A DNA stretch of 64,000 nucleotides from Takakia lepidozioides (lineage: Eukaryota > Plantae > Bryophyta), in contig CM060734.1 in assembly GCA_030704615.1 (NCBI GenBank), forward strand, positions 18,352,001 through 18,416,000, written 5' to 3'. Positions 24,076 to 37,400 of the stretch are shown here, piece by piece. The notes under the pieces were generated by a model, which had not been told where the DNA came from, did no database searches, and saw nothing but the letters and a program-made list of their open reading frames with translations. The number at the start of each line of letters is the position of its first letter. Position 1 is the first letter of the stretch. A program made the translations under genes and the position numbers.

Positions 24076-24354
24076 TTCCCATTCTTGCTATGACAGTTAG
24101 GACACACTTGTATAGACGTGGCTTGCCACAAAATTTGCAATAAAATGTTGCATTTCATTGCTATGACGAGTCCACATGACCCTATTTCCGTGCCTCCTAA
24201 CCCTATTTCCGTGGACAGACAATGGCCCGCTCATGCTTTTTTTTTTCCCGCTCATGCTCATGCCGCTCATGAAATAGCAGCCCCCCATCAAGGTATTGGC
24301 CTGTATATGCTCTGTTTTCTTTCTGCCCCTGCTTTGTAATGCATGTTGTACAAC

Positions 24355-27300
24355 GATAACAAGCGTGAGACCTGCGATTCACCTGGGGTTCCACATCTTC
24401 TCTAACTTAACTGTTTCTGATTGCATGTGATGGGACCAAGTGAGGGTCCTCACTTAATATGAATTTCAAAGCTTGAAGGTGATTGGAATCGAGTTGATGA
24501 AGCGATGCCATGACATCTGTATCTTTGGGGGAGAATAAACCTTTCGTCCTCTTTCCCTTGATCTTGATGGCTCTTGTTCTTAACCTGGTATGGTGGACAC
24601 TCATTCATTTGGGTGCTTCTCTCTTGTTCCCTATGGCATCTTGTTGTGACGGTGGAGCATTTGTGTGACAAGCTGGTGGCTTTAAGATATCTGGTGCCAA
24701 GCAGCAAAGTGGGGCAGATCTCGTTTTTTTTATTTTTTATTTACCAGACAGTGTCCTTTATTGTAAACACTTGTAAGCCTGGTCTCTTTTTATGAGCAAG
24801 CTGCTTTAGGATATCTGGTGCCATGTAATCTTGTAGGATGGCTCTTCTTTGGCCAGGTAATATCCTTGGTTACAAGCCCTTGGTTGCTCGGCTTTTGTAA
24901 TGGACAATGTCCACAATGGTAAGCCTTTGTTGTTCGTTAAGAAGCTGATTCAGACCCGGATGTTCAGGTTGCCTTAGGATAAATGATACCATGGCAACTT
25001 ACTGACCTGTTGGAATGAACAATTCAGACCCTGTGTGTTTTCTATGAATGGGTTGATGGCCTATAAATTTGATCACAACCTATTATGGTAATGATATCAT
25101 TGCCCCAGACTTTGAACCTGGTCTTGGGGCTGATAACATGATGTGGGAGCACCACCAATGCGGTTACACACCTGCCCCAGATCTGAACCAGATCATAGGG
25201 CAAGAAACATGGTGTCAGGAACTGACTTGATGTTTATTTTAGGGCAGACTGGTTATACTCTGATATATTAATATATATTCAATATATTCAATATTATGCA
25301 ATATATATTCTGATAGATCAATATGTTGTTATGGTGATGATTTTAAGCAAATAAATGCTTATACTTTGTTCTTAAAAGCCTTCTATGTGATCATGAATGG
25401 CTTTCCTAAGCTGAACAAATATTTCTTGCTATGAAAAGTGGTCAATGGTTCCTTATTTGGACATGGACACTTGCTGATCAATCACCCTGATATGGCATTA
25501 TACAAAGAACCCAAACCTGAACTAGGTTATGGGCCAAAAAAGTATAGTGGATCTGGTTAAGACACGGTGTGTAAGATGCCAATATAAACAGGTTGTAGCA
25601 TTGAAGTGGTGATGATGATAAACAAAGGAAAACTGGAATCTGGCTTCCAGACCCTCTTTTTAATCATATGTGGCACATTTTAGCAACTTGAAACAAGATT
25701 TTCTTGCTATGTGCAGTGGTAAATGGATATCTATATGTTCCCACCCCCCCACCCAGAGATTTCATTGACTTTGAAGTCTGGGATTTGTCGTAAAGCTGAC
25801 TTGTGAATGAAGAATGGTTGATAATGCCTTGTTTTGAGGCTGATTTGTCGTTAATTTTACAATGACCTTGTCAGGTCTTTGTCCATGTCTCGACAAGACA
25901 TAAGTATCTTCCCTCTCTGATTTAGACCAGTGTATTTGGTGGTTCTTGTACACATTATCAACCAATCTCCCTTCTGTTTTCAGTTTTATGTTTGATTTAC
26001 TAACACCTTGGTCTGAGCATGACAAAAGGTTATCAAATATGTTCCTGATTGAAGTGATGAACCCAAGGCAATGGGAAGGCCAAAGCCATGAGATATCAGC
26101 CTCCTCTCCCGCCATGACCATGGTGTGGAGCAAGCAAGTCCTTCATAAGGTAAGATCTTCTCCAACAAAAATATGTTGGCTAATTGGGCATGGAGAGTAA
26201 GGCATCCTTGAAGGTACCTGAGATAAGCATAGAACATCTATAGGGCTTATGAATGCTGAAATTTTGAGCTAGGCCTCGGTAAGACAGCTTGCTGGAGTAG
26301 ACGTGTACACCTAATACATGATCCGGTCAATGCACATTACTCTTGTTTGCCGGTCCCCTGTAGCCGATGCCTTATGTCAGATTTAGATACCTTATGATAA
26401 GAATGAGTTCCATTTCTTTGGCTCAAATGTTTCTATGTTTCTCCTGGTTATGGCTTTGCTCTTTATAGCACCATAAAAAATACCCCAAGGAACGGCCATT
26501 GTTTTATTAGGTTTGAATTGTTATCATTCACCCGATGGACTAACCATTGAGGTTGAATTTTGGATCGCTCTAAGCACGAAAGACTGACTTGGGAAAGCGG
26601 ATCCAGTCCCTTCCTAGGAGGTGGGACACTAATCCACCTCGGGATTTAGGGGGGGGCATTGGGCGGGAGATAGATGATCCCCGTCTCCCTGGGCTTGGGA
26701 TTCGTTTTGTAAAGGGATTTGAAGGTACCAGGTGGTAAACCCCTACCAGACTTCATTACCTAAGTCCCAATACCTGCCCCCTTTGGTTTTGTACACATGT
26801 TTTACCCAAAACAAGGGGTGGGTAAACACTAAAAGTCTGATATAAGATTTCCTGATTGTTACTTTATGACAATCATTAGGGCGACTATCTCTTGTTCCCT
26901 ATGGCATACTGATGTGACAATGGAGCAATGATATGACAAGCTGATGGCTTTAAAGAATTTATCTGGTAAGATGCTACACTGTAGGGCAGACCTGTTTTCA
27001 TGACCAGACAGTATTCTTGAATGTACAAGCATTGGAAACTTAGCCTCTTTTAGAAGCTGGTCACTTGATACCATGCCAAACTGATATGGATGGATCTTTT
27101 GTGGCCAAATCTGGTCCTTGGTTATAAGCCCTTGAATGTTTACCTATTTTCCAAAGCGGTAAGACATTGGTAGATGTGAAGAGAATGATTCAGGCATTGT
27201 ATTCAAGTTGCTTTAGGATAAATAATACCAAAGTAACCTGCAGGCCTGATGGGATGAGCAATTCAGATTCTTTGTGTCTCCTATGGATGATTGCATAGCA

Positions 27301-28232
27301 TGTAAATCTGATTACAGCCTGTTATGGTAATGATTTCCCTACCCCAGACATAGAACTTGGTCTTGGGGCATGGAATAAGAGGTGGGAATATTACTCTACC
27401 CTGTCATTGAAATTACACACCAGCCCCAGATCTAAAACAGATCAGGGGGCAAAAAACATGGTGTCAATAAGTGACTTGATGTGCAAAAAAGGGCAGCTGA
27501 TTACCCCCTGTTGTATAAGCTACCAAATATCAGTCCGTAACCCTGCTTTGGTGATGTTCTTTATGTAAAGAAATGCTCTTATTTTGTTCTTAAGCCTTCT
27601 ATGATCATAAATGGCTTCTTTAAGACAAACAGACATTTCCAGCCATGAACAGTGATCAATGGATCTTTATTTGGACATGGATACTTACTGCTCAGTCACT
27701 TTGGTATGTCCCATGATACAAAGAACCCAAAACTATACTAGTTTTTGGGCCAACGATAAATTAGGATGGTTGGTTATGCCTTGGTATGTAAGCTGACCAA
27801 AAAATACAGACTGAATGACATGGCATGTCATGAATGGCACTTTTTAGCATGCTGAACAACGGTTTCCTGCTATGAACAGTGGTAATCGAGTCTCTAATTT
27901 TTCCCACCCCCCCACCCAGAGACTTCGTTGACTTTGAAGTCTGGGATTTGTCATAAAGCTGACTTGTGAATGAAGAATGGTTGATAATGAGGCCGATTTG
28001 TCGTTAATTTTACAATGACCTTGTCAGGTCTTTGTCCATGTCTCGACGAGACATAAGTATCTTCCCTCTCTGATTTAGACCAGTGTACTTGGTGGTTCTT
28101 GTACACATTATCAACCAATCTCCCTTTTGTTTTCAATTTTATGTTTGATTTACTAACACCTTGGTCTGAGCATGACAAAAGGTTATCAAATATGTTCCTG
28201 ATTGAAGTGATGAACCCAAGGCAATGGGAAGG
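24355..28232. repeat. Non-coding repeat family: unit 1 and the left part of unit 2 of a roughly 1.96-kb tandem series
   Basis: 25740-26487 matches 27900-28232 plus 41342-41750, and 42970-43707; 26730-28232 matches 41790-43300. Confidence 0.85.
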
Positions 28233-29228
28233 TGTCGAACGGCTTTTACTCACCCATCCCTTCGCTATCCGAGGTGGGAACTCCAAGATAGAAGAGTTGA
28301 ATATCTCCAAGCACTCAGCCCGCTCAGAACAATCAGTCATGACCTACAACTAGTGTATCATGGGAGTGATTCCTGTTTGTATTCATTCTTGCCTTCATGG
28401 CAGCTAATTACCTTATTGTTTATATTCAAGCATCAGATTGTTTTAGCAAACTACCAGGTTCCAATCACTCATCCATTCATTCCACAGCTTCACTCAGATC
28501 TCTCTACACAGTGTGAGTATGAAATGTGTATCAGATTAAGATCTATCAAGTATCAGGCTGAAGCCATAGTGTCCCTAATCTACCCTACAGTATATATCTA
28601 CAGCTTGCATGTAATAAACCTCCATCAAGTCATCATCTCCTCTTCTGTGTAATCGTCATCCCTGTGCTCCAAGATCGTGCCCCCCCCTGATGTCTAAGAA
28701 GTGATCCCCAAGAAGTCCCTGCTCTTCGCTTTATCTACCTACAAGTTGTTCTAATCGCCTTGCTCACTAACCGTCACCCCTTAAGTAACATATTCCCTCT
28801 GCAGATGTCGTTCCCACACAGTCGTTCCCTGTCCATGTTAACCGTTCCCCCTGTACTGTGACAACTGTGCAAAACTGCGTTGGGCTGTGTGAAGCTGTGA
28901 CATGCTGTGACTGGCTGTGTCAGGATGTGTCGGGCTGTGACTGAGTGTGATTGGCTGTGACGGACTGTGATGACTGTGACGGGCTGTGACGGCTGTGCCG
29001 GGCTGTGACTGGATGTGTCGGCTGTGTCGGGCTGTATCGGGCTGTGTTGGCTGTGGCGGTTGTGTCAGGCTGTGTAAAGCTGTGGCGGGCTGTGTAACAC
29101 CCCCCCCCCCCCCCCTTAAAGCCCGCTGTTGTCACCCCTAAGGCTCTAGTTGGTCTCAGTCTGTGTAAAAATTAAGGGTACCCCACAGAACCCGTAAAAG
29201 CGTTAAAGTCCCAAGCAGCCCTCTAACA
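28233..29228 (-). repeat. 3' LTR (996 bp) with a GGCTGTG-rich minisatellite in U3
   Basis: TGTCGAAC...CTCTAACA; colinear with 40415-41336. Confidence 0.93.
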
Positions 29229-29244
29229 TTTACCCCTCCCCCTC
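29229..29244 (-). promoter_or_regulatory. Polypurine tract
   Basis: GAGGGGGAGGGGTAAA on the minus strand, abutting the 3' LTR. Confidence 0.9.
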
Positions 29245-29267
29245 TCAAAAAGTCGTGTCCTCACGGT

Positions 29268-32200
29268 TTACTGTTTAGGATTAGCAAACCTTTGTGATTG
29301 AACATCCTTCTGACGGTGAGAGTCTCGTGAAGGACTTCGTGTGTGAGCCCGAGTCTTGTCACTGGTTGACGGAGATGATTGAGCACTACCTGGAAATGTC
29401 AGACCCGCCTTTGGCTGATATCGAGATAACCTCTCAGGCATAGGAGATCCCCGTTGTTTCTTCTCTGCCATCTGAATTGCATAGTCATCTGCCGTGTCAA
29501 AAGAGTCCGCTGAAGAAACAGTAGTATCAGAATCGTCGTCTCCCCTGAGGTGTTTTAACGGTCGAACTCTAACTGGAATCCTCTGGGGCATATAATGTGG
29601 TCCCACCATGTCTGGAAGTTTAAATTGCAGAACTTGCTGTAAGCGCTTAATGGCAAAATTGGTGAACACCCTGAACTCCTTGTCTGTACAGGTGAGTGGT
29701 GTGCCAATGACTTGAGAACAGTGCAAGTATTTCCATGCCTCATGTCCCTTAAAGAAAATATCGTGAGGGCCGAATTTCTGTGTTGTCAAATTGTTCCAGG
29801 CTGAATGAAACCATGAACGAAGTTGGGAATCCTTTTGCATCATAACTTTTGCTTCATATAGGTACATATGAGGTGGCACTGAAGGTAAGACCCAATGATC
29901 CCCACTGGAATAACTCAGCGATTGCATCTTCTGCTGCTCAATGTGATAACGTGCCAGAAAACAAACAGCATAGTATAGTCCACAGCCCATGAAAATACTT
30001 GCTACCTCCTTAGTCTTGGTATAAATGTACCCATGTACAACTTGGAAGGCAATTAATTCCTTCAACATGGTACTTGCTTCAAACCAGTACCTCGCAAAGT
30101 GATGATCCTCAATGTGTCGATTGTTCGGAAGAACCTTAGTCCTAGTTGCCACTGGCAGCCAAATGCGCATGATCTGCTAGTAATGTGCCAACGACTGCGG
30201 AAGACTAAATTCCTTCCAAGCCAAATCCAACACAATGGGAATTTGGTTGAAGGGCATAATCATAGCCCGACTGTACTCTCGTGCAGTAGGAGTCTTAGGT
30301 GGGTTAAAAGCAGCATCCCCCCATACCTCAGGCTGTGGTGTGGCTGTAGTAACAATAGGGTCAGCTACCTGCACAGTCACTTGTTGTGGTATTGGTAGTT
30401 CTAGCCCTTCTACCACTGACATCTCCTGCACCCCTTGCGAAGAAGACTAAAAAATGAGAGTTCTGGCCTATAAATAAGTAAGCCATCAGCTGCTCCTCAG
30501 GTACAAAGACTCTCTTGTCAATATTGGAAGTCAGGTCATCCACCTGAGTCTGTAGGCCTTCTACATCCTCTTGTAGCTCCGCTATCCTACTATAGACATT
30601 ATCTATAGTAGTTGTGGCAATGTTCTGCACCTGTAGTCTGAGCTCATTCATCTCGCCCTGTGCGAGGTTCTGTGGTGCTTTGCCTTCCACCGGTCCTTGT
30701 GCTAACCAGACCTGCATAAGGTGGTTATCCACCAAGTTGTGTGTGGCACCCCTAAAAGTCAGCTCCTCTGTGAGCCTGTATACATCTATCTGCTGCTGTA
30801 GAGCCTCCATGCGCTTTGCATGAGGTTCAACCAAACTCGCATAGGCAGCAGCTAGATTATTGGCTTCCTTCCAAGCCTTGTTAGCCACAGAGAGTTCATT
30901 TCTATTCACCATGACCGTTTGTTGCAACTCCAGGATGTATCTCTCTTGGTCAGCTTCAACCTGTCTGTATTGCTTGAAGTGTTCTCATTGCGACAGATTG
31001 TATTCTTCATATCAACAATGAGTTTCGTCTGCTCGACATTCTCTACCTCTGCCTTCATACATCTCTCCCCTTGTCTGTTAACTTCTAATGCAGTTTGATC
31101 AAGAGTAGTTGTGAGTGTAGCACATTGTATGGTCATCCTCTCATGTACTGCCTGCAACTCTGTATGAAGTGCATTCACTTCTTGCAACTTGCCCTCATGC
31201 TTCACCTGCATTTGGTATAACTGTTGTTTATGTGCTTCGTGCAACTGGTCCTGCGCGAGGCCTGCTTCAATCAAATGTTCCTTGGCCAACTGCAAAGCAA
31301 CTTTTGTATCCTCTAACTCTTGCTGTAACTTGAGATTGACTTCCTCATCGACCTTGTTTGCACACTCAGTGGCAAGTCGAGCCTCAAACTCCTTCCTGAG
31401 TTCCTCCCTCAAAGCTGCCAATTGGGTAGATGGAACATGGGATTTCACATAAGTGCCCAACAAATTAAGTGTCCTGCTTATGGAACTCATAAGCATGGTC
31501 TGCTGAGGGTCATCATGGTGAGCTTGCTGCTGTTCTCCCTTATCCTCAACAGTGTGATGCCTCACGAACCATTCAGGCCATTGCCCCACCAGACTTTCTT
31601 CCTGAACCACCTCATCCGCCAAAGGTGCTGCAGTGTCTTGATATTCTACCCCTGGTACCTCTATCATAGGTGTGGGTATTACATGCACAGCAGGGTTTCC
31701 CCTGGACAACCGCTGCACCTCTGGAATCACTGTTTTCCTTACCAAGCCATAATTTTCATAGAGAAGGTCACCCTTCTCAATTTCGGCCACGACCTGCTCT
31801 GTAGTGGGAATGTCCAACCTTTCTCCTTCCAGAGCAATTGGGGGTGATGCCACAGCATATACTAACTATGGAATCTCTAAAACAACAGAGTCAATTGGTT
31901 GTGGTGGCTGTGGTATCGAAGTGACTTCCTCTTCCCTCTCTGAAGGCCCTGCTTCCAATAATAGCAGCTCTTTGTGCTGTTGTGCCCCATCCTGCACAAG
32001 AGCTTGGGAAACATTATCGTGCGGTTTCCGTGAAGCCAGTGGATCCGCCACTACAGTCTTACCCCGCCTCTGTCTCTTAGACTGGTGTTGCGCTGCCAGT
32101 CCACCCTCACTGTGTGAAGAGCCTTGCTCTTCAATTGCTGTGGTTTCTGCCTCAAATACTCCCATCTCCTTACGTTCCCGAGTATCAAGTATGCAAGAAT

Positions 32201-32810
32201 CAAGAATTATTTGGGCAATGACTGGACCGGACACAATGATCGGAGACTTAACAGCAGTGCCCTGTAACCTCTTCATCTTGTCCACCAATCCGTTGTACAT
32301 TAACTCCGCCCAAGCGACATCCTCTCCCCTCAAAGCTTTCAGGATCTCCTCTGTGAATGATCTGCTCAAATACTGTTGGTTCTGTTTCATGGCAAACAGA
32401 ACGTTCAGGATTTGGCCAACTTCCCTAAGCCCTGGGTACTCGGCTTTGGTACAAGCAAAACCTTGAGTTTTAAAGAAACTCCCTTCTTGGAACAAATTCC
32501 CTATCTGCAATCTTGCCCTGTGCTCATCCACATCCACATGTCCTGATGGCAAATCAAACAATTGCTGCAGGTACTCGGGAGTAATTTCTATATCTACTCC
32601 TCTCACCTGAGTAACTCCCGTCTGAGGCTCAAAGTTCTGAAGAAATTGTATCATGAACTGCCGATGATGCAAGGACCAGTCCTTGCGTAGCAATCCCTCC
32701 AATCGCAGCTCCGTTAGTAGCTGCACCGCCTGTGGTGCAACAATCGTTTGCTTCTGTAAGATTGTGGTGCTCTTCACCCTGATATCCTCCATTCCTCTCA
32801 CTCTCTTCAT
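29268..32810 (-). pseudogene. Large accessory 3' ORF (about 1,180 codons if repaired): plant-transposon-protein-like N-terminus, coiled coil, unknown C-terminal domain
   Basis: ORFs 31866..33407 and 30906..31853 are in frame across one TAG, as are 30177..30431 and 29268..30170; 30361..30927 bridges them through two frameshifts. FMIQFLQNF...QVRGVDIEITPEYLQQLFDLP resembles Athila-type accessory domains. Confidence 0.7.
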
Positions 32811-33413
32811 TCTAGACAAACAGAAAGGTTTTGGTTGTAACAACTGAAGAAACGCCTGCAGGGCACAAAGCATAAAAGTATGGTTGGCGCAGAATGAAAT
32901 GGGTAAGTGCTTGTAAGCCTGTGGGGCTTGCAAGTATCGATTTAGAGAAAATGTACTCTCCGTTCGTCCGTCCTTGTGCCACTGCGTAAGTAGTAATGCG
33001 AGTGTGTAGTCTGTTATTTCCGCCATAGCTTCAAAGCTATAGCTTTGATTGTCTCTCCCGTCGAGACGCCCGTTACTTGGAACGACGCCAACTCTTGCGC
33101 TCAGAATCCCTCTAAATTCTTGATCTTGCTTCTTGGAAAATACCCTGTGCAGGTAATTCTGGCTCATGATTGGCTGTTGGCTTTGTGATTGGTTTTGTAA
33201 TTTAATTCCCTTCCGTGGATTTTCCTCCCTAGACTGTCCACTAGGATAGCACATGTGGCATAGGTTTCCCTTTTCTGAACTTGAAAAGGGTTCCGTTACC
33301 CTGGCACTGAATGCATTAATGGGCCCACAATTAGTTGCTGTACCGGGTAGGTACTTTGACGGCCAATTTTGTCTTCTTTCTTGATGACACCCGTTCTTGC
33401 AATTCATGACTGG

Positions 33414-35066
33414 CTATGTGTCTCGCCCTGGCGTCCACGTGTCCATTTCTAAACCTGCCTCCGTCCACTTTTCCGCCGGCCACTCTCCGGATGTTAACCC
33501 ACGTCCACCTGTCACTGGTCCTATGGACTGTGTAACCCCGGTAGGCTGTGTTGAGCTGTGACAGGATGTGTCATACTGTGGTACGCTGTGATAGGCTGTG
33601 TCATGCTGTGGTGGGCTGTGATAGGCTGTGTCACGCTGTGATGGGTTGTGATAGGTTGTGTCACGCCATGATGGGCTGTGATAGGTATGCAAACACCTGT
33701 AGTTCCCGCCCTGGTCATATATGCGCGGCTTAGCGATAAGTGCTTCATACTCCGTTGGTATCACTGGCGCAGCCCGTGACTGCTTCTGCGTTTCAACATG
33801 TAAATCGTGTTGCAATGGTTTGTCATGGATACCACTGTACCCCTTCAACTTATTGGCATTGACTCTTCCCAGCATCTCTTTGTTAATGGTTTGTAACATG
33901 GCTGTGTTGTTATCATACATCTTCTGTATGACATAAGGTCCTTTCCATGGTGATTTAAGCTTAGAAACTTTAATCTTCCCCTTCTTCTGCAACCAGAGAA
34001 CCAAATCCCCCGTCTTAAAAGTATTTAATTTGCCTTCATCAAACTGTTCCTTCCTCTTCATCTGAATTCTGGCCATGTTATCAGCTACATGAGCACATAC
34101 TTCTTCCACATGGTATAATTCATGTTTCCTGACCTTAATTGAATCTTCCAATTCCATTCTCTTTCCCCATTCCGTTCTCATGGTAGGTAACAAGAATTCC
34201 ACTGGAAGTAAAGCTTCCATACCATAAACTAATTGGAATGGTGTATACTTAGTGGTGACTTTATATGAAGTCATGTATGACCACAAAGCTGTCAGCAGCT
34301 TTGTATCCCAATCCGTTTTGTTTGCATTGACTATCTTAGCCAAGATAGTACATAGTATTTTGTTGGTAGCCTCTGCCTGCCCATTACCCTGTGGGTAATA
34401 CGTTGTACTCTTCCTATGCACAATCATGAACTCTTTAGTCAATAGATCAATGGTCTCATTAATGAAGTGACTTCCCTGGTCACTGATAAATTCCAAGGGA
34501 CAGCCAAATCGTGTAAGTATGTTCTCATACAGGAACCTTGTTGTGGACTTGGCTGTGTTGTCCCTCAGAGCTTTAGCTTCCACCCACTTCGTAGTATAAT
34601 CAGTGGCTGAAATTATATACTTGTTCTGTGTATTCTTGGCCGGTGGGTTAATTGGTCCAACAAAGTCTAGTCCCCATTTCTGAAATGGTTCAGTAGGCAT
34701 CGTAGGATGCAAAGTCATCTTCCCAGATCTCTGCAAAGGTCCTAGCCTCTGACATTCATCACAACTCTGATAATACTTGTGTACATCTTTGAACAAAGTA
34801 GGCCACTAGTAACCTGCAAGTAGTATCTTCCTACTTGTAGTTTCTTCTCCAAAATGTTCTCCAGCCACTCCTTTATTAACTTCCTCCAAAACTTTATTTA
34901 CTTCATGGTGGTACAAGCATCGTTTAAGTACTCCATCAGGTCCTAGCTTATACATTCTACCCCCTACCATAGTATAAGGTAAAGCCTTGATAGCGATTCT
35001 CTTCCTCTGCTCCTTACCATAACTAGGTGGGCACTGACCATGAGTAAGGTAGTATCTGATTGGCCA
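33414..35066 (-). pseudogene. Integrase with a C-terminal 10-aa repeat tail
   Basis: [37 protein letters not shown]; premature stop near 34808. Confidence 0.93.
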
Positions 35067-37400
35067 CTACCAATCTAACCATTCATCTGCACTTCCTTGC
35101 ACCTCCATTGCAAATAAACTCGCATCAGGTAATTGGTCGTCTACTCCAGTGGCGGGCTCTCCTGTTGTTAGGCGTGACAAATGATCTGCCACAAGATGCA
35201 AACGGCCAGGCTTGTAAACAACTTCAAACTCAAACTCGTGCAAGATTATTAACCACCTCGTTATCCTTTCACTTATCAAAGGTTTGTTCTCCAGATATAT
35301 CAGAGCCTGGTGATCCACATAAAACATAAACTTTCTTCCCAATAGGTAATGCCTGAATTTCTTGACTGCATAAATCATTGCCAGTGCTTCTCTTTCAGTT
35401 GTGCTATAGTTCCTTTCAGCACTGTTCATCAACCTGCTAGCATAGTACACATGTGAATCTATATTTCCTGTAACATTTTGGGCTGACACCACTCCCAACG
35501 CTTCTCCTGAGGCATCACAGTGAACATGAAATATTACATGCCAGTGAGGGTTAATCAGCACAGGTGTAGTTGTTACTGACAATGTAAGTTCCTCAAAAGC
35601 CTGTTGACATTCAGCTGTCCATGCAAACACTGCATCTTTCTTCAGAAGCTTGCTCAATGGTGCTGCTATCTGTGCATACCTTTTGACAAATCTTCTGTAA
35701 TAACTGGTTTGTCCAAGGAATCTCCTTAGACTTTTAACATTTACTGGTGGTGGAGAGGCTTTAATGGCCTCTGTCTTCCTGGGATCCACAAGAAGTCCCC
35801 TCTTACACACAATGTGTCCCAAAAGCACCCCTGAGTTCACACAGAAAGTACACTTCTCTGGATTCAGGCCCAGACCTCTCATCCTGCATCTGGCCAAACA
35901 TAACTCCAATTTATGCAAGTGCTCATTCTTAGAGCTGTACACACTGAAATCATCCAAGAACACCTGCATGAAATCATCCAGATACTCATGAAAAGATTCA
36001 CTTATCACTCTCTGAAAGGTTGCTAGTGCATTACAAAGTCCAAAAGGCATGACTTTGTATGCATAAGCACCCCAGTCTGTGATGAAAGCTATATTTCCCT
36101 GGTCTTCTTTTGCCACTTGCACTTGATTATAACCACTGAAGCCATCCATGAATGAGTACATCTCATGGCCTGCCACAGTGTCCAATACCGCTTCTGTGAA
36201 TGGCAAGGGAAAATGATCTTTCTTCGTGCAAGCATTCAACTTCTTATAGTTCACACAAACTCTCAGTTTACCATTCTTCTTGGGAACTATCACAATGGGT
36301 GACAACCAACTTGTATATTCTATCGGGTATATAAACTTAGCCTCAGCCAACTTCTTGATCTCTTCTCCAACCTTCTGTGCATAGTTGGGATTCATTCTGT
36401 ACCTTGTCTGTTTGATTGGTACTGACCCTGGTTCCAGTTCAATCTTATGCTGACAGATCTCAGGTGGTATCCCTTTTAGATCCTCGTAGCTCCAAGCAAA
36501 TACATCTCTGTATTTGATGAACAAACTCTTAGTTTCCTTAAAGAATTCTGGCTCCAAATCAGCCCCTACCTTCACCATCCTCGGTTCCTCTTCAGTTCCC
36601 ACATTCACTTCTCTCACCTGCTCATCAGCTGTGATTGTCCAACCAGTTACCACTTCATCCTGTAAACTCACAGTGGCTGGTTCTTCTAGGGTTTCCATTT
36701 CTCCTTCTCTTTCCTCATAAAAATGTGGTGGGTAACTCCTTATTTCACCTTCAATTGGTGTTGTTGTCACTACACCACATCAAATACCTTTTAAACAACT
36801 TAGGCCTTCCAGCTGCATCTCTGCAACCTGTTCCCACTCTGGGTGTGCAGCGAACAGGGTAACTTCCTGCTCCTCATCCAGTCCTCCCCTCCAATCATAC
36901 TCCCTGACCCCTCGAGGTCTTCTCGTAGCAGGTAATCTACTAGATTTCTTAGTGGTAATTTGTATCTTGTGCATCCCATTATGCACAGTTAGTAACTGAG
37001 AGTTCCAGTCATGGAATACCCTGGCCTGTTTCAGCCACGGACGTCCCAATAATAAGGAGTAAGCCTCCATGACTTCATCCATTTTCAACACAGTTATTGT
37101 GATCATAAAGATCATATTTTGAATCTGTATCTTAACTCCTCTTATCAATCCCAATGGCTGTACACTTCTTTGATCTGCCATTGTTACTGTAAATGGGGCT
37201 GGTTTCATGTTACTTAGACCAAGCTTCTACCTTAATTGGTCTGTCATGATATTCACTCCAGAGCCTCCATCTATCAGTACATCAGTTAGTTCTGTGCTTC
37301 CAATTCTCAATTGGATTACTGGCATAGAATCATCAAAGTCCATGACTGTTTCTCGCCCTTCCGGCTTCACATTATAACTGGTCACCTTGCTGTTCAGGTC
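35067..37400 (-). pseudogene. Protease, RT and RNase H with in-frame stops
   Basis: LIDGGSGVN, FMDGFSGY, MPFGL, VFLDDF, HCDAS, YSTTEREALA, VDHQAL, VADHLSR; stops at 37227, 36780 and 35067. Confidence 0.95.

Noticed and set aside
32811-33407. N-terminal 199 aa of the 513-aa ORF
   Set aside because: No recognisable motif and it spans a probable promoter or intron region; the protein-like part starts at MKRVRGMEDI (32810). Not fully excluded.
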